DNA of 64,000 nucleotides. Origin: a virus. A program made the translations under genes and the position numbers. The stretch spans positions 14,804 through 78,803 of the IMG/VR virus record IMGVR_UViG_3300049595_004693. One strand, 5' to 3'. Positions 18,291-26,656 of this stretch are shown piece after piece (the first letter of the stretch is position 1; each line of letters opens with the position of its first letter). The notes beneath the pieces were generated by a model that did not search any database, was not told the origin of the DNA, and saw nothing but the letters and a program-made list of their open reading frames with translations.

Positions 18291-19478
18291 TTAAAAAGGC
18301 ATTCCATCGCTACCCGTAGCGTCATATCCGGGCAATGGTCCTCCGTTAATGACCGCGCTAACGCTACCCTGAAGGCTAGGCGACACAATGACTTGCATCG
18401 GTAGCGTCTGCGTGCTCTCCTCATTGTCGTCTAACACTTGATCAACTTCGGAGGACACCTCGGGGGAGAATTTCGCGACACGTTCGCGGATATATCCCCT
18501 CAAAGTCTCCGATGCGCCGACAAGATGCGCCACAACTTCCATGCTATCAACGCTAGACTTAATAGCCTTGCATTGCATAATGCCCTGAAGCAATTCAATC
18601 CAAGATGCGATTTTAGACGCATCTGTGCTCCCACTATGGCCGCGAATCTCAAGCGTGCCGTACTTGGAAAGGCTATGCATATTCACAAACGCGTAACGCG
18701 ATCCCCCGCGCCTAGCGTTAATAGTAGTGGCGCAAAATCGGTTATCCCGGCGAGACTTAGGCAACATGCGCTTAAGAGCCGGGACACAATGAGCGACACG
18801 GTTAGCCTTGAGAGTCACCATGCGGCTAGACTCCGTGCGCATGTCAAAATGCACATGGAGCCCACAAGTACGGTTAACCCAACACCCTAGCTTATTCAAT
18901 TCTGCGCAAACTTTAAATAGCGGCGACATGTCCGACTTTTTAAAGCTAACGCAGATCTCTTTACCATGTGACTCAGTGCCACACTCACACCGACCGTCAT
19001 TGTCTTCTGTTTCTTCCATGCTACACGAGGAGTCATGGGGATTGAGTGATCCGTCATTTTTAATGGTGACAAATTTACTTAATCCTAAACCCCTGATATT
19101 TTTGGCAAACGCATTTTCCCTAGCCTGAGAAGTGAAAAAACACTCGATTTCTACACTAATCCACTCTCCCTCAAACCCCTCGGGATTTTTGGAGCTATAA
19201 ACTACGCGAGATAGCTCTACGATTTGAGAAACGGACCATTGCCCCTCATTACCATATTGATCAAGCCTATCGGCCAACATGTCGACACCTGCGCTGCGTA
19301 AATGCTTGCGATATGTCTGCAATGAACGCTTTATAACGTCCTTAAGTTCATCGGGCAATTCCCCCTTGTAGTTATCAATCAAAAACTTATAGGCGGGATT
19401 GAGGTTGGCGATAAAAGCGGCTTTACGAGAATTTGACATATTAGCAAGCCTCCCATGTTTCAACGGTATTAAATTCAT
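18291..19478 (-). CDS. putative amidoligase (COOH-NH2 ligase, Amidoligase_2-like)
   Basis: SVEIEC, KNDGSL, GKEI, TCGLHVHFD, RYAFVN, GTLEIR motifs; adjacent to the GATase. Confidence 0.88.
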   Translation of the reverse strand: MNLIPLKHGRLANMSNSRKAAFIANLNPAYKFLIDNYKGELPDELKDVIKRSLQTYRKHLRSAGVDMLADRLDQYGNEGQWSVSQIVELSRVVYSSKNPEGFEGEWISVEIECFFTSQARENAFAKNIRGLGLSKFVTIKNDGSLNPHDSSCSMEETEDNDGRCECGTESHGKEICVSFKKSDMSPLFKVCAELNKLGCWVNRTCGLHVHFDMRTESSRMVTLKANRVAHCVPALKRMLPKSRRDNRFCATTINARRGGSRYAFVNMHSLSKYGTLEIRGHSGSTDASKIASWIELLQGIMQCKAIKSSVDSMEVVAHLVGASETLRGYIRERVAKFSPEVSSEVDQVLDDNEESTQTLPMQVIVSPSLQGSVSAVINGGPLPGYDATGSDGMPF

Positions 19479-19629
19479 CCACCAAAGTCAAGGCATATTC
19501 CAAACTCTCAATGCCTTGAATGCTCCAAAGGATTTTGTCGCGATAGGACGCCCTAGAATTGATTTTCTCAAATTGGCTAGGGGATACGACGGCACACTCA
19601 CCTGTTATCAATTTAAAGACAATATACAT
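19441..19629 (-). CDS. hypothetical protein
   Basis: AAGGA SD. Confidence 0.55.
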   Translation of the reverse strand: MYIVFKLITGECAVVSPSQFEKINSRASYRDKILWSIQGIESLEYALTLVDEFNTVETWEAC

Positions 19630-19674
19630 TTTAAATATCCTTTCATTTCAATAGGTTAATTTTTAGAATTTTGA

Positions 19675-20112
19675 CTAAGTGATCACACAGCACTCCTTAA
19701 AACCCCAAACTGTAAAGCCATAGCGATGAATTTGAATAAAAGCGGGTTTATAGGTCACCGACCCGCCATTGAATGAACCAGGTTTACCGGCGGCATCTTG
19801 GAAGTACTTGTCGCAGTCTCTAAAAGCCTTTAGAGCATCTTCCTGGCATTTATAGGCGTCGTTAGGCATGTAATAAGATCCTCCCACTAGGCTAGTAAAC
19901 TTTTCAGGGTTACCAAAGCCCAACACCTTGCGTGGTGCATCATAATCAGAGGCATCATCGGAGACGGACACGATGACCACGCTTCCGTTGTCCGCAGTGT
20001 ACCACAAGAGACTAGGAAGCAATGCGGCTAGTGGTCGATACTTCTCACCGCTTAGAGATAATTCGGAAAGGCTTTTAATGGACTCAATGACTGACTTGAC
20101 TTGATTATTCAT
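19675..20112 (-). CDS. hypothetical early protein
   Basis: Likely start ATG 20112 (MNNQVKSV), just downstream of a sigma54 box. Confidence 0.7.
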   Translation of the reverse strand: MNNQVKSVIESIKSLSELSLSGEKYRPLAALLPSLLWYTADNGSVVIVSVSDDASDYDAPRKVLGFGNPEKFTSLVGGSYYMPNDAYKCQEDALKAFRDCDKYFQDAAGKPGSFNGGSVTYKPAFIQIHRYGFTVWGFKECCVIT

Positions 20113-20125
20113 GATTATAAGGTGT

Positions 20126-20141
20126 TGCATCGAGCGGGCCA
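20126..20141 (-). promoter_or_regulatory. sigma54 (-24/-12) promoter A
   Basis: TGGCCCGCTCGATGCA (GG-N10-GC) pointing into the early operon. Confidence 0.65.
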
Positions 20142-20184
20142 ACACAAAACCTTAATGATATCGCGGAATGCTGAGACGGAATGC

Positions 20185-20219
20185 TGTAAAACTTTCAGGC
20201 AGAGTCTAAGCCTTAGACA
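20185..20219. promoter_or_regulatory. tandem 17-bp imperfect palindromes, candidate enhancer (UAS) of promoter A
   Basis: TGTAAAACTTTCAGGCA-g-AGTCTAAGCCTTAGACA; a related copy lies at 21267-21301. Confidence 0.5.
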
Positions 20220-20228
20220 CCTAGTCCC

Positions 20229-20465
20229 TATATATATATATATATATAAGAATATAATTATAATACATATATTAAGTATTATTAAATAGAATATAATACA
20301 TATTAAGTATAATATAATAAGTATTAAGTAGATATTAATAGTATATAGTAACTATTATTAGTATATAGTTAACTTAACTAATATAAAGTAACTACTAGTA
20401 TATAGTAGCTACTAAGATATATTAAGTATTTATATATAATATGAATCACTTAATAAAAATTAAGT
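20229..20465. repeat. very AT-rich tract with short direct repeats, candidate replication origin
   Basis: (TA)n run, TATTAAGTA x4, TAGTATATAGT x3; non-coding. Confidence 0.5.
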
Positions 20466-20578
20466 GAACTTAGAGAGAGGCTCTAAGAGGATATAAAACA
20501 CTTGAGCGAAAGCGCAAGTGTGTGAAAGGACAGGGGAATGAGAGATGAGAAAAGATGGAGGTACTAGCTCTGCAATTT

Positions 20579-20944
20579 CTATGCCAAGTCCCAATATTCC
20601 TCACCCAATAAATAACTCGACTTGGTAGGATACTCGGTAACACTCAATGTCCCCAACACTTCGGAGTCACCATTGAGATAAAACCTAGTAACCTTATGAT
20701 TTTCAATATAAATTAAACTTGACAACATAGCTTTCTTAGCAATATCAAGTACTTGATTCTCTTGATAAGAGTCAACACAAATAACTAGAATAACACATTG
20801 ACCATTCTGTGTCAAGTATTGCAAAGGTATATTGCAATCTTTAAGCCAATTATAGGCCCATTGAGTAGCCTCTAAGTTAGTAGAACTAGAACGCTCTGAA
20901 CGATTAAGATTTAAAATATATCCTTTATGCTCTAATGCAATCAT
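20579..20944 (-). CDS. hypothetical protein
   Basis: Likely start ATG 20944 with AAAGG SD. Confidence 0.6.
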   Translation of the reverse strand: MIALEHKGYILNLNRSERSSSTNLEATQWAYNWLKDCNIPLQYLTQNGQCVILVICVDSYQENQVLDIAKKAMLSSLIYIENHKVTRFYLNGDSEVLGTLSVTEYPTKSSYLLGEEYWDLA

Positions 20945-20964
20945 ATCATAGCCTTTCGTATAAG

Positions 20965-21117
20965 TCAAGCAGCTATAGACTCATTGTCGACCATGTTGGC
21001 CAACTTGTCAATCTCTAAAGCTAGCAGATTAGCTATCACATAATCGGTAGGACAAGCCTCAAGAGAGTCTCTTAGGGCTTTGATACTTCTGATTAGTTCT
21101 AATACTTCAGGTGTCAT
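20965..21117 (-). CDS. 50-aa helical hypothetical protein
   Basis: Manual translation MTPEVLELIRSIKALRDSLEACP...ESIAA; TTGACT-16-TATCCT upstream. Confidence 0.55.
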   Translation of the reverse strand: MTPEVLELIRSIKALRDSLEACPTDYVIANLLALEIDKLANMVDNESIAA

Positions 21118-21209
21118 ACAATTACCACGATATATCCTTAGGATATCAGGGAATGATATTGAGTCAAGGTTATTTTGTGGACTCTGATAACTCTCATGCT
21201 ATAGGGTAT

Positions 21210-21225
21210 TGCATAGGCAATGCCA
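21210..21225 (-). promoter_or_regulatory. sigma54 (-24/-12) promoter B
   Basis: TGGCATTGCCTATGCA (GG-N10-GC). Confidence 0.65.
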
Positions 21226-21266
21226 GAAATAAACTAATGATAATGCTATGTGTCAATGGAGATTAG

Positions 21267-21301
21267 TGTAGAACTTTTAGGCAGTGTATAGTTCTTATGC
21301 A
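21267..21301. promoter_or_regulatory. tandem 17-bp sites, candidate enhancer (UAS) of promoter B
   Basis: TGTAGAACTTTTAGGCA-g-TGTATAGTTCTTATGCA, at a similar offset from its box as in promoter A (57 vs 59 bp). Confidence 0.5.
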
Positions 21302-21314
21302 CTCATAGTTTTTA

Positions 21315-21496
21315 TGCAAGGACTATACCACAATAGCTTGGCATATATCTTGCAATAAAACATTTTGATTGGCAAGGGAATTGCTATAGCAAGAATCGTG
21401 CCAGATTAGAGCTGGCATAGAGCTTGCAGGGGGAATGCTGTGTGCAAGTATAGTGCCAGGCATGGGGATTGCAGGGGGGGTGCAAGAAGTGTGCCA
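21315..21496. promoter_or_regulatory. array of eight sigma54 -24/-12 boxes in mixed orientation
   Basis: Starts 21315(-), 21339(+), 21370(+), 21388(-), 21413(+), 21443(-), 21458(+), 21481(-); all fit (T/A)GG(C/T)A-N6-TTGC(A/T). Confidence 0.85.
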
Positions 21497-21586
21497 GGGG
21501 GGGGGTAGGGTACTTTTTACGGGGATTAAATATCGATAGTGATATCCAACAGATAAGTCATTTTTCTCACAAATTACCGTGTTACC

Positions 21587-21596
21587 TAACAAGTTA
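21587..21596 (+). promoter_or_regulatory. late-promoter motif TAACAAGTTA (leaderless HNH gene)
   Basis: Exact 10-mer with ATG 5 nt downstream. Confidence 0.75.
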
Positions 21597-21600
21597 GTGT

Positions 21601-22515
21601 ATGGCAACATGGATGAAAAAAGAATGTTCTAAGTGTAAGAAATCACTAAGCTATGGCATAGTGAACACCTACTCTAACAGCTCAGTATACGCTATTAATA
21701 AGCAGCTAAAGCCCTGGAACGGCTCTATATGCCCTCGATGCAATAGAGAAAAGAAAATAGCCGAGAAGAAGCTCGTAGTACTTGAGAACATAAAATGCCA
21801 CACCTGTCAATCAGAATTTACCCCTCGCAATCGTCAGGCAAAGTATTGCTCTTCTAGATGTAGAGTGGTCATGACTATGCGGCGTAAAATAAAGCCGACT
21901 AAGCCAAAAAACGACTGTGTAGTGTGCCTAACACCCAACTCGGCCACGAGATTATATTGCGGCAGCCAGTGTCAGTCAAAAGCTGCATACCTTAGAAACA
22001 AGGTAGAACGAGTTTGTATCGAGTGTGGCAACTCTCCCGCTAAAAGCAAATACTGCTCCGCTACGTGTAGGTCAAAAGCTAACAGACGGCCCGCGAAACC
22101 CAGATCGCATAAAGTAAAAAAATGTGTTACCTGCGGGTCGGAGTTCCGCCCTCGCGGAAAGCAGTTATATTGCGATAATCCCTGTCGCCGACCAAAACCA
22201 TCTATAAATCGAGAGAGTCTTAGAAAGTATAAAAAAATAGCTAGGAAGAAAAGAAAGCTGTGGGAACGTAGGGCATGTCCTCGTTGGGTTAAAGGAAGCG
22301 ATTTATTAAAAATAGAGGCTTCTAAGCCTGGGCCAGAATATCATCTAGACCACATCATCCCACTAAAGCACCCTTTGGTGTGTGGACTTCACGTACCCGA
22401 AAATCTCCAATGGCTCAAAAAAGAAGAGAATGAGTTTAAGAACAATAAGTGGGACGGCACAGAGACTAACGAAAGTTGGAAGGTGGAGTTTGAGAAGTCC
22501 CGTTCTAAGTCGTAG
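21601..22515 (+). CDS. HNH endonuclease with tandem Zn-finger repeats
   Basis: Repeated CxxC...YCSxxC units; HLDHIIPL...CGLHVPENLQ...EN..KNN. Confidence 0.9.
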   Translation: MATWMKKECSKCKKSLSYGIVNTYSNSSVYAINKQLKPWNGSICPRCNREKKIAEKKLVVLENIKCHTCQSEFTPRNRQAKYCSSRCRVVMTMRRKIKPTKPKNDCVVCLTPNSATRLYCGSQCQSKAAYLRNKVERVCIECGNSPAKSKYCSATCRSKANRRPAKPRSHKVKKCVTCGSEFRPRGKQLYCDNPCRRPKPSINRESLRKYKKIARKKRKLWERRACPRWVKGSDLLKIEASKPGPEYHLDHIIPLKHPLVCGLHVPENLQWLKKEENEFKNNKWDGTETNESWKVEFEKSRSKS

Positions 22516-22541
22516 TCAAATATTCACTCAACTAACTCAGT

Positions 22542-22835
22542 TTACAAATCCACCACAGCGGCCTTGTAGCTCACAAACTCATATGCGGCCACACCCTGTT
22601 CATTAACACCTCTGAGCCGATACTCCACTTGTTTTATGAAGTCCATACTAGGGATTCTATCTGAGCCTACGACGAGCCTAGGCACTATGGGCGCCAGTAT
22701 AGGCACAACTAGCGTAGGCCCGCTGAAGTCCTGCACGTAGATAATATGCTTAATGCTCGCCACTTCGCCATCTTCGGTGTAATGTACGGGAGGGCCGAAT
22801 AGTATTTTCGTGCTACGTCCACCTCTCATAAGCAT
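22542..22835 (-). CDS. hypothetical protein
   Basis: Last ORF of the minus-strand block. Confidence 0.55.
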   Translation of the reverse strand: MLMRGGRSTKILFGPPVHYTEDGEVASIKHIIYVQDFSGPTLVVPILAPIVPRLVVGSDRIPSMDFIKQVEYRLRGVNEQGVAAYEFVSYKAAVVDL

Positions 22836-23805
22836 CTAAAATAATCTCATCAGCCAGCTCAAGGTCTGGCTTCTCCGGTAAGGAGCTTCTCTGTTGAGCA
22901 GACACAACGTCGACCAACCCCTGCTCAATTACCTCGGCCACTTGCTCATAAGGAAGCTGTCCCGTTTTAATCTTCGTAAGAAGCTCCCTGTCAGGACGAG
23001 GGAATGTAATATGCCCCGTACGCAGAAGCTCAACAGCCTGAGAATTTACGCGTACAGCGTGGGATAGAGCCTTCCAATCCACGCCTCCAGCAAGATGAGC
23101 CTTCTGAGCCCGCTTGCCATATTCGTTTAGCATCTTATTGGTAATCTCTAAAGCATACTTCACCTTGGCGTGAAACGGAATTTTGCGCCCGTTTATGTGA
23201 AGATGAGGGGCGTCAGTAGCGCCTTTAGGTCCACGACACATAATGATCTCAATAAGGGGTGTTTTTTCTAATGAGATGAGATCGGATGATTCCCTAATCA
23301 GCCCATTAAGCCACGCCACATTCTGCTCTAACGTGGTGTCTAAATCTAGAGTTTCGAGAAGCTCCGCCGTACGCTTTAAAGCGTCCATTCTGGAACCTTT
23401 AATCCCGTATTTGGCGGCTTGCTGCCTAGCATACCCCATAAAGGCCGAGACGTTTTTAGAAATAAGGCGGTGCCTATTGTAGTATATCTCGTGCATTACC
23501 TCAAAGCTCTTGCCCGCGTCTAGTGTTGTTTGTCGATATCCAAATAGTACATCTAACGCCACAGTTTGACCTTGCGTCAGAAGCTCTAAATAACGCGCTA
23601 GGCTAAAATACTCTTGGTCTACATCTTCCGCTGTGTTCCTTTCCGCGTGCTCTTTTGAGCGGGAAATAGAAATGGTTGGTCGCGAGCGACCTAAGAATAG
23701 CTCTTTTTTAGATGGGATATATACTCCCTTATAATCTTTGTCAGACTCCGGAGTATTGGTGCCATATAAGTGGCTCCCAAAGAGCATTTTAAAACACAGA
23801 TTCAT
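22813..23805 (-). CDS. Pol-beta superfamily nucleotidyltransferase (RlaP-like phage family)
   Basis: FGSHLYGTNTPESDKDYKGV (GS...DxD); DWKALSHAVR; S.LPEKPD C-terminus. Confidence 0.88.
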   Translation of the reverse strand: MNLCFKMLFGSHLYGTNTPESDKDYKGVYIPSKKELFLGRSRPTISISRSKEHAERNTAEDVDQEYFSLARYLELLTQGQTVALDVLFGYRQTTLDAGKSFEVMHEIYYNRHRLISKNVSAFMGYARQQAAKYGIKGSRMDALKRTAELLETLDLDTTLEQNVAWLNGLIRESSDLISLEKTPLIEIIMCRGPKGATDAPHLHINGRKIPFHAKVKYALEITNKMLNEYGKRAQKAHLAGGVDWKALSHAVRVNSQAVELLRTGHITFPRPDRELLTKIKTGQLPYEQVAEVIEQGLVDVVSAQQRSSLPEKPDLELADEIILDAYERWT

Positions 23806-24017
23806 TCAAACCCTACGTAGTCTAGGAAAGCTTGATAACCTTTGGTAGAGTCGCAATTTGAATATTCCGCCAAGTCGGCCTCAAATAAAAGCTCAGGAGT
23901 AAACACACTAGGCGCCAGCTTATTTAGCTTTTTAAAGAGGCTACTAACGCAGGCAGGGCACCCGCTGTCCGCAGTAGCACATATTCTGGCGATATTTAAA
24001 GCTTGCTCTCTAGTCAT
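23802..24017 (-). CDS. hypothetical protein (GCPAC motif)
   Basis: Coupled ORF. Confidence 0.6.
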   Translation of the reverse strand: MTREQALNIARICATADSGCPACVSSLFKKLNKLAPSVFTPELLFEADLAEYSNCDSTKGYQAFLDYVGFE

Positions 24018-24178
24018 TTATCCCCCACAGGAATTTCAATAGTGAACAATAAAACGAATGGAGATATCACCGCGAGCGCCGCTATACAAATAGCAACTGC
24101 TAAAAGACCTGCGGGCGCTATCAGCATGAGCCCAATGCGCTCAGGCCATTTTAACTTTCTAGTTTTTCTTAATTTCAT
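24014..24178 (-). CDS. small membrane protein
   Basis: Manual translation MKLRKTRKLKWPERIGLMLIAPAGLLAVAICIAALAVISPFVLLF...; fills the gap. Confidence 0.5.
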   Translation of the reverse strand: MKLRKTRKLKWPERIGLMLIAPAGLLAVAICIAALAVISPFVLLFTIEIPVGDK

Positions 24179-24779
24179 TTAACACTTCCTCTAAGCTAGC
24201 TGGACGCATATACCAAGTGGCGCCTGGCGCGTCAACGCCTACGTTTAACATTAGTGTACCATTAGATGTTCGCTTTGTCAACCAGCGCTCATGAACGTGC
24301 CCGCAGAGGAGCGTCAGCCCTTCATCTTTGGGGCGATGCTTGAGGTAGCGAATTGTTGTCGGCTGATCCTGATAAGTGTCTTCTACATCTTCGTAAGGGA
24401 AATGGCACAAGGCGAAGCGCTCATCTTCTAGAACAAGCTCTAGTTGCGTTTGTACAGAAGCCCACCCTAAGTCGAGATACTTCTGAACCCAGGTATGATA
24501 CTTCTCGGGAGTTTTGCCCTTATTGGAGGAATGAGGCTTATCATGATTTCCTAGGATAAGATGCTTAGTGCCGTTGAGTCTATGTAGCACGGCCTCCACC
24601 TCACGTTCATGGAAACTAAAGTCTCCTAAATGATACACTAGATCCGTAGGACCCACCTGAGCGTTCCAGCTATTGATGAGTACCTCGCGCATCTCTTCTA
24701 CGTTCCGAAAGGGTCTATTGCAGTACTTAATTATATTCGCATGCCCGTAGTGAGTGTCGCTAGTAAAGAATACGCTCAT
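24159..24779 (-). CDS. calcineurin-like metallophosphoesterase
   Basis: SDTHYGH, HLGDF, GNHD, LCHFP, GHVH, NVGVD. Confidence 0.92.
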   Translation of the reverse strand: MSVFFTSDTHYGHANIIKYCNRPFRNVEEMREVLINSWNAQVGPTDLVYHLGDFSFHEREVEAVLHRLNGTKHLILGNHDKPHSSNKGKTPEKYHTWVQKYLDLGWASVQTQLELVLEDERFALCHFPYEDVEDTYQDQPTTIRYLKHRPKDEGLTLLCGHVHERWLTKRTSNGTLMLNVGVDAPGATWYMRPASLEEVLNEIKKN

Positions 24780-25072
24780 ACATTTTTTAATGCCATATTT
24801 ATAGCAGCTAACCGCTGCTTAAGCTCCGCATTTTCTTTTTCTAGCTTCTCGATATACTCTTTGTCTTTGAGTACGAGTTGAACATTCCGACTTATTTCCA
24901 CCCTATTAACCTCAGGATTGAACCCCAGTCTAAGTTCAGATGTATGCACCTCGATAAGATTTCTAGATATAAAGTCATTAAGCTGACCTAATATCGCCAT
25001 TTCGGTTTGTCGAGCTGTTTCTTCAGCAACCTTACTTGCCAATAGATCTATCGCAGTTGTATTGTAAATCAT
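24776..25072 (-). CDS. hypothetical coiled-coil protein
   Basis: Coupled ORF. Confidence 0.6.
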   Translation of the reverse strand: MIYNTTAIDLLASKVAEETARQTEMAILGQLNDFISRNLIEVHTSELRLGFNPEVNRVEISRNVQLVLKDKEYIEKLEKENAELKQRLAAINMALKNV

Positions 25073-25179
25073 AAATAAACCACCTTAAAAGCATTCACCG
25101 CTTGATATATTTTGTCCATCATGGCTGCATTAACTAAAATACTATCGCCCATGCGTGTCAGAAACCACCACGAGTTTTT

Positions 25180-25689
25180 TCATGACCACCACGACCCAGA
25201 ATATTTTGTCACCATCGTGTCTGCTAGCCGCCTATCTCGCTGCCGTAGTAGATCAGTACGTTTGGTCATTAGCATTATTTCTTTGTGGTGCTGTGTTTCT
25301 AGCTCTACGCTTTTTACCCAAACACCATCTTTAAGATATTCCCAAGACATTACAAAAAATCCGTCAGAGTTTTCTTTAAGTATCTGTCTATAGTTTACAT
25401 TAAAAACAAATTTTTTGTGATCTTCCAACAGATCATCATAAAAGAAATCTGTCGTAATGCGCTCTAGAAGCTTAATTAAAATGCGTAGTGACTGTAGTTG
25501 GCGCTTTTCATATTGCACAAACTTAGAGTCTTTATGTAATTGCTTGTAGAGCCTTTTATATTTGTATAGGAGAATATTATCTACAAAGGCGTAATCCCAA
25601 TCCCTATCTTTCCAGATGACGGGAGCCCACTCGATTACGCGCAGAATATTTTGAAAAAAGCTCCTAAGACTTCGCACGCTCATCCTCAA
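25180..25689 (-). CDS. conserved phage hypothetical protein
   Basis: W.PVIWKDRDWD...WW pattern common in phage proteins. Confidence 0.7.
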   Translation of the reverse strand: MRMSVRSLRSFFQNILRVIEWAPVIWKDRDWDYAFVDNILLYKYKRLYKQLHKDSKFVQYEKRQLQSLRILIKLLERITTDFFYDDLLEDHKKFVFNVNYRQILKENSDGFFVMSWEYLKDGVWVKSVELETQHHKEIMLMTKRTDLLRQRDRRLADTMVTKYSGSWWS

Positions 25690-26146
25690 GCATCTTTATA
25701 AAGTTCTCCGTAGACTTTTTAAAAGCTCGCTCAATATCCTTCTTGCTTCGACTTACGCCCAATACCTCAAACCCTTTTTTATATCGCCCAAGGTATAGAA
25801 TAATATCTGGCAATAGAGAATGTTCTATCCAGCTACGCACATTCTCCACATCAACTGTCTCGTTAGGTACAACATAAGCTACTAGCTTATCATCCCGCAC
25901 CCCGTTATCCATACCTCTAATTAAGGCGACCGCCTGAGCGATCACTCTAGTTTTGGGAGGTATAGACTCACGACTATAAATAAATACGTCTAGAGCGTCC
26001 CCGTCCTCTTCTAGTGTTCCCGGAATATATCCATAATTTGAAGGGGTGCCTACGGGCAATACTCGGTCCAAAAAAAGTTCGCCTGATCTGATCTCATATT
26101 TATGAGCAGTGCCGTACGGCATTTCAACTATTGCGGTAAGGAGCAT
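25664..26146 (-). CDS. ppa: family I inorganic pyrophosphatase
   Basis: VEMP.G..HKYE, LDR, NYGYIPGTLEEDGDALDV, DNGVRDDKL. Confidence 0.9.
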   Translation of the reverse strand: MLLTAIVEMPYGTAHKYEIRSGELFLDRVLPVGTPSNYGYIPGTLEEDGDALDVFIYSRESIPPKTRVIAQAVALIRGMDNGVRDDKLVAYVVPNETVDVENVRSWIEHSLLPDIILYLGRYKKGFEVLGVSRSKKDIERAFKKSTENFIKMLEDERAKS

Positions 26147-26429
26147 ATTTTTTCTTTAGCCTCGAGAGTTTTTTGTTCATGCTGAGCATAAGCACCACTG
26201 TGAAGCTTCGCTCTTTTTCTCTACTAGAAATAATTTTACGAATACGAGAGAATCTGTGGAATTTAATCAGGCGGGACAACAGTGGAAACTTGCTAAGTCT
26301 CTTCTTACCACTTTCGATGCGATACTGAAGTCGAAAGCTTCGAGCCAAAAGCTTTTCTACAAATTCCTGAAGCTTGTCGATGCCGTCTAGCGTATCGATT
26401 ACGTCTTGATAACTCACACATCTTCCCAA
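26124..26429 (-). CDS. basic hypothetical protein
   Basis: ORF filling the operon. Confidence 0.5.
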   Translation of the reverse strand: MGRCVSYQDVIDTLDGIDKLQEFVEKLLARSFRLQYRIESGKKRLSKFPLLSRLIKFHRFSRIRKIISSREKERSFTVVLMLSMNKKLSRLKKKYAPYRNS

Positions 26430-26656
26430 TAAATAGTTAAATAATCATCAAATGCACTTCCAACAATAGTATATCCTAAATTAGCTAAACTAATTCTAAC
26501 ATTTGGCGTAGCTACATTTCTGGATATTTGAAGGTCCGTCGCTGCTCTAAGTCTAGCTGCATTTTCAATTTCATTAAGAATACTATATAAAAATTCTTTA
26601 TCACGAAGTGGTTGTGATTCTTTAGCAATCCTTAAAGCTTCTTTAGCACTTAGCAC
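26414..26656 (-). CDS. hypothetical protein
   Basis: GGAGG SD. Confidence 0.65.
   Translation of the reverse strand: MLSAKEALRIAKESQPLRDKEFLYSILNEIENAARLRAATDLQISRNVATPNVRISLANLGYTIVGSAFDDYLTIYWEDV

Noticed and set aside
21315-21496. The sigma54 box array read as a CRISPR array or as ORF 21323-21610
   Set aside because: The units are 16 bp, mixed in orientation and irregularly spaced. The ORF is a low-complexity by-product of the repeats and G-runs.
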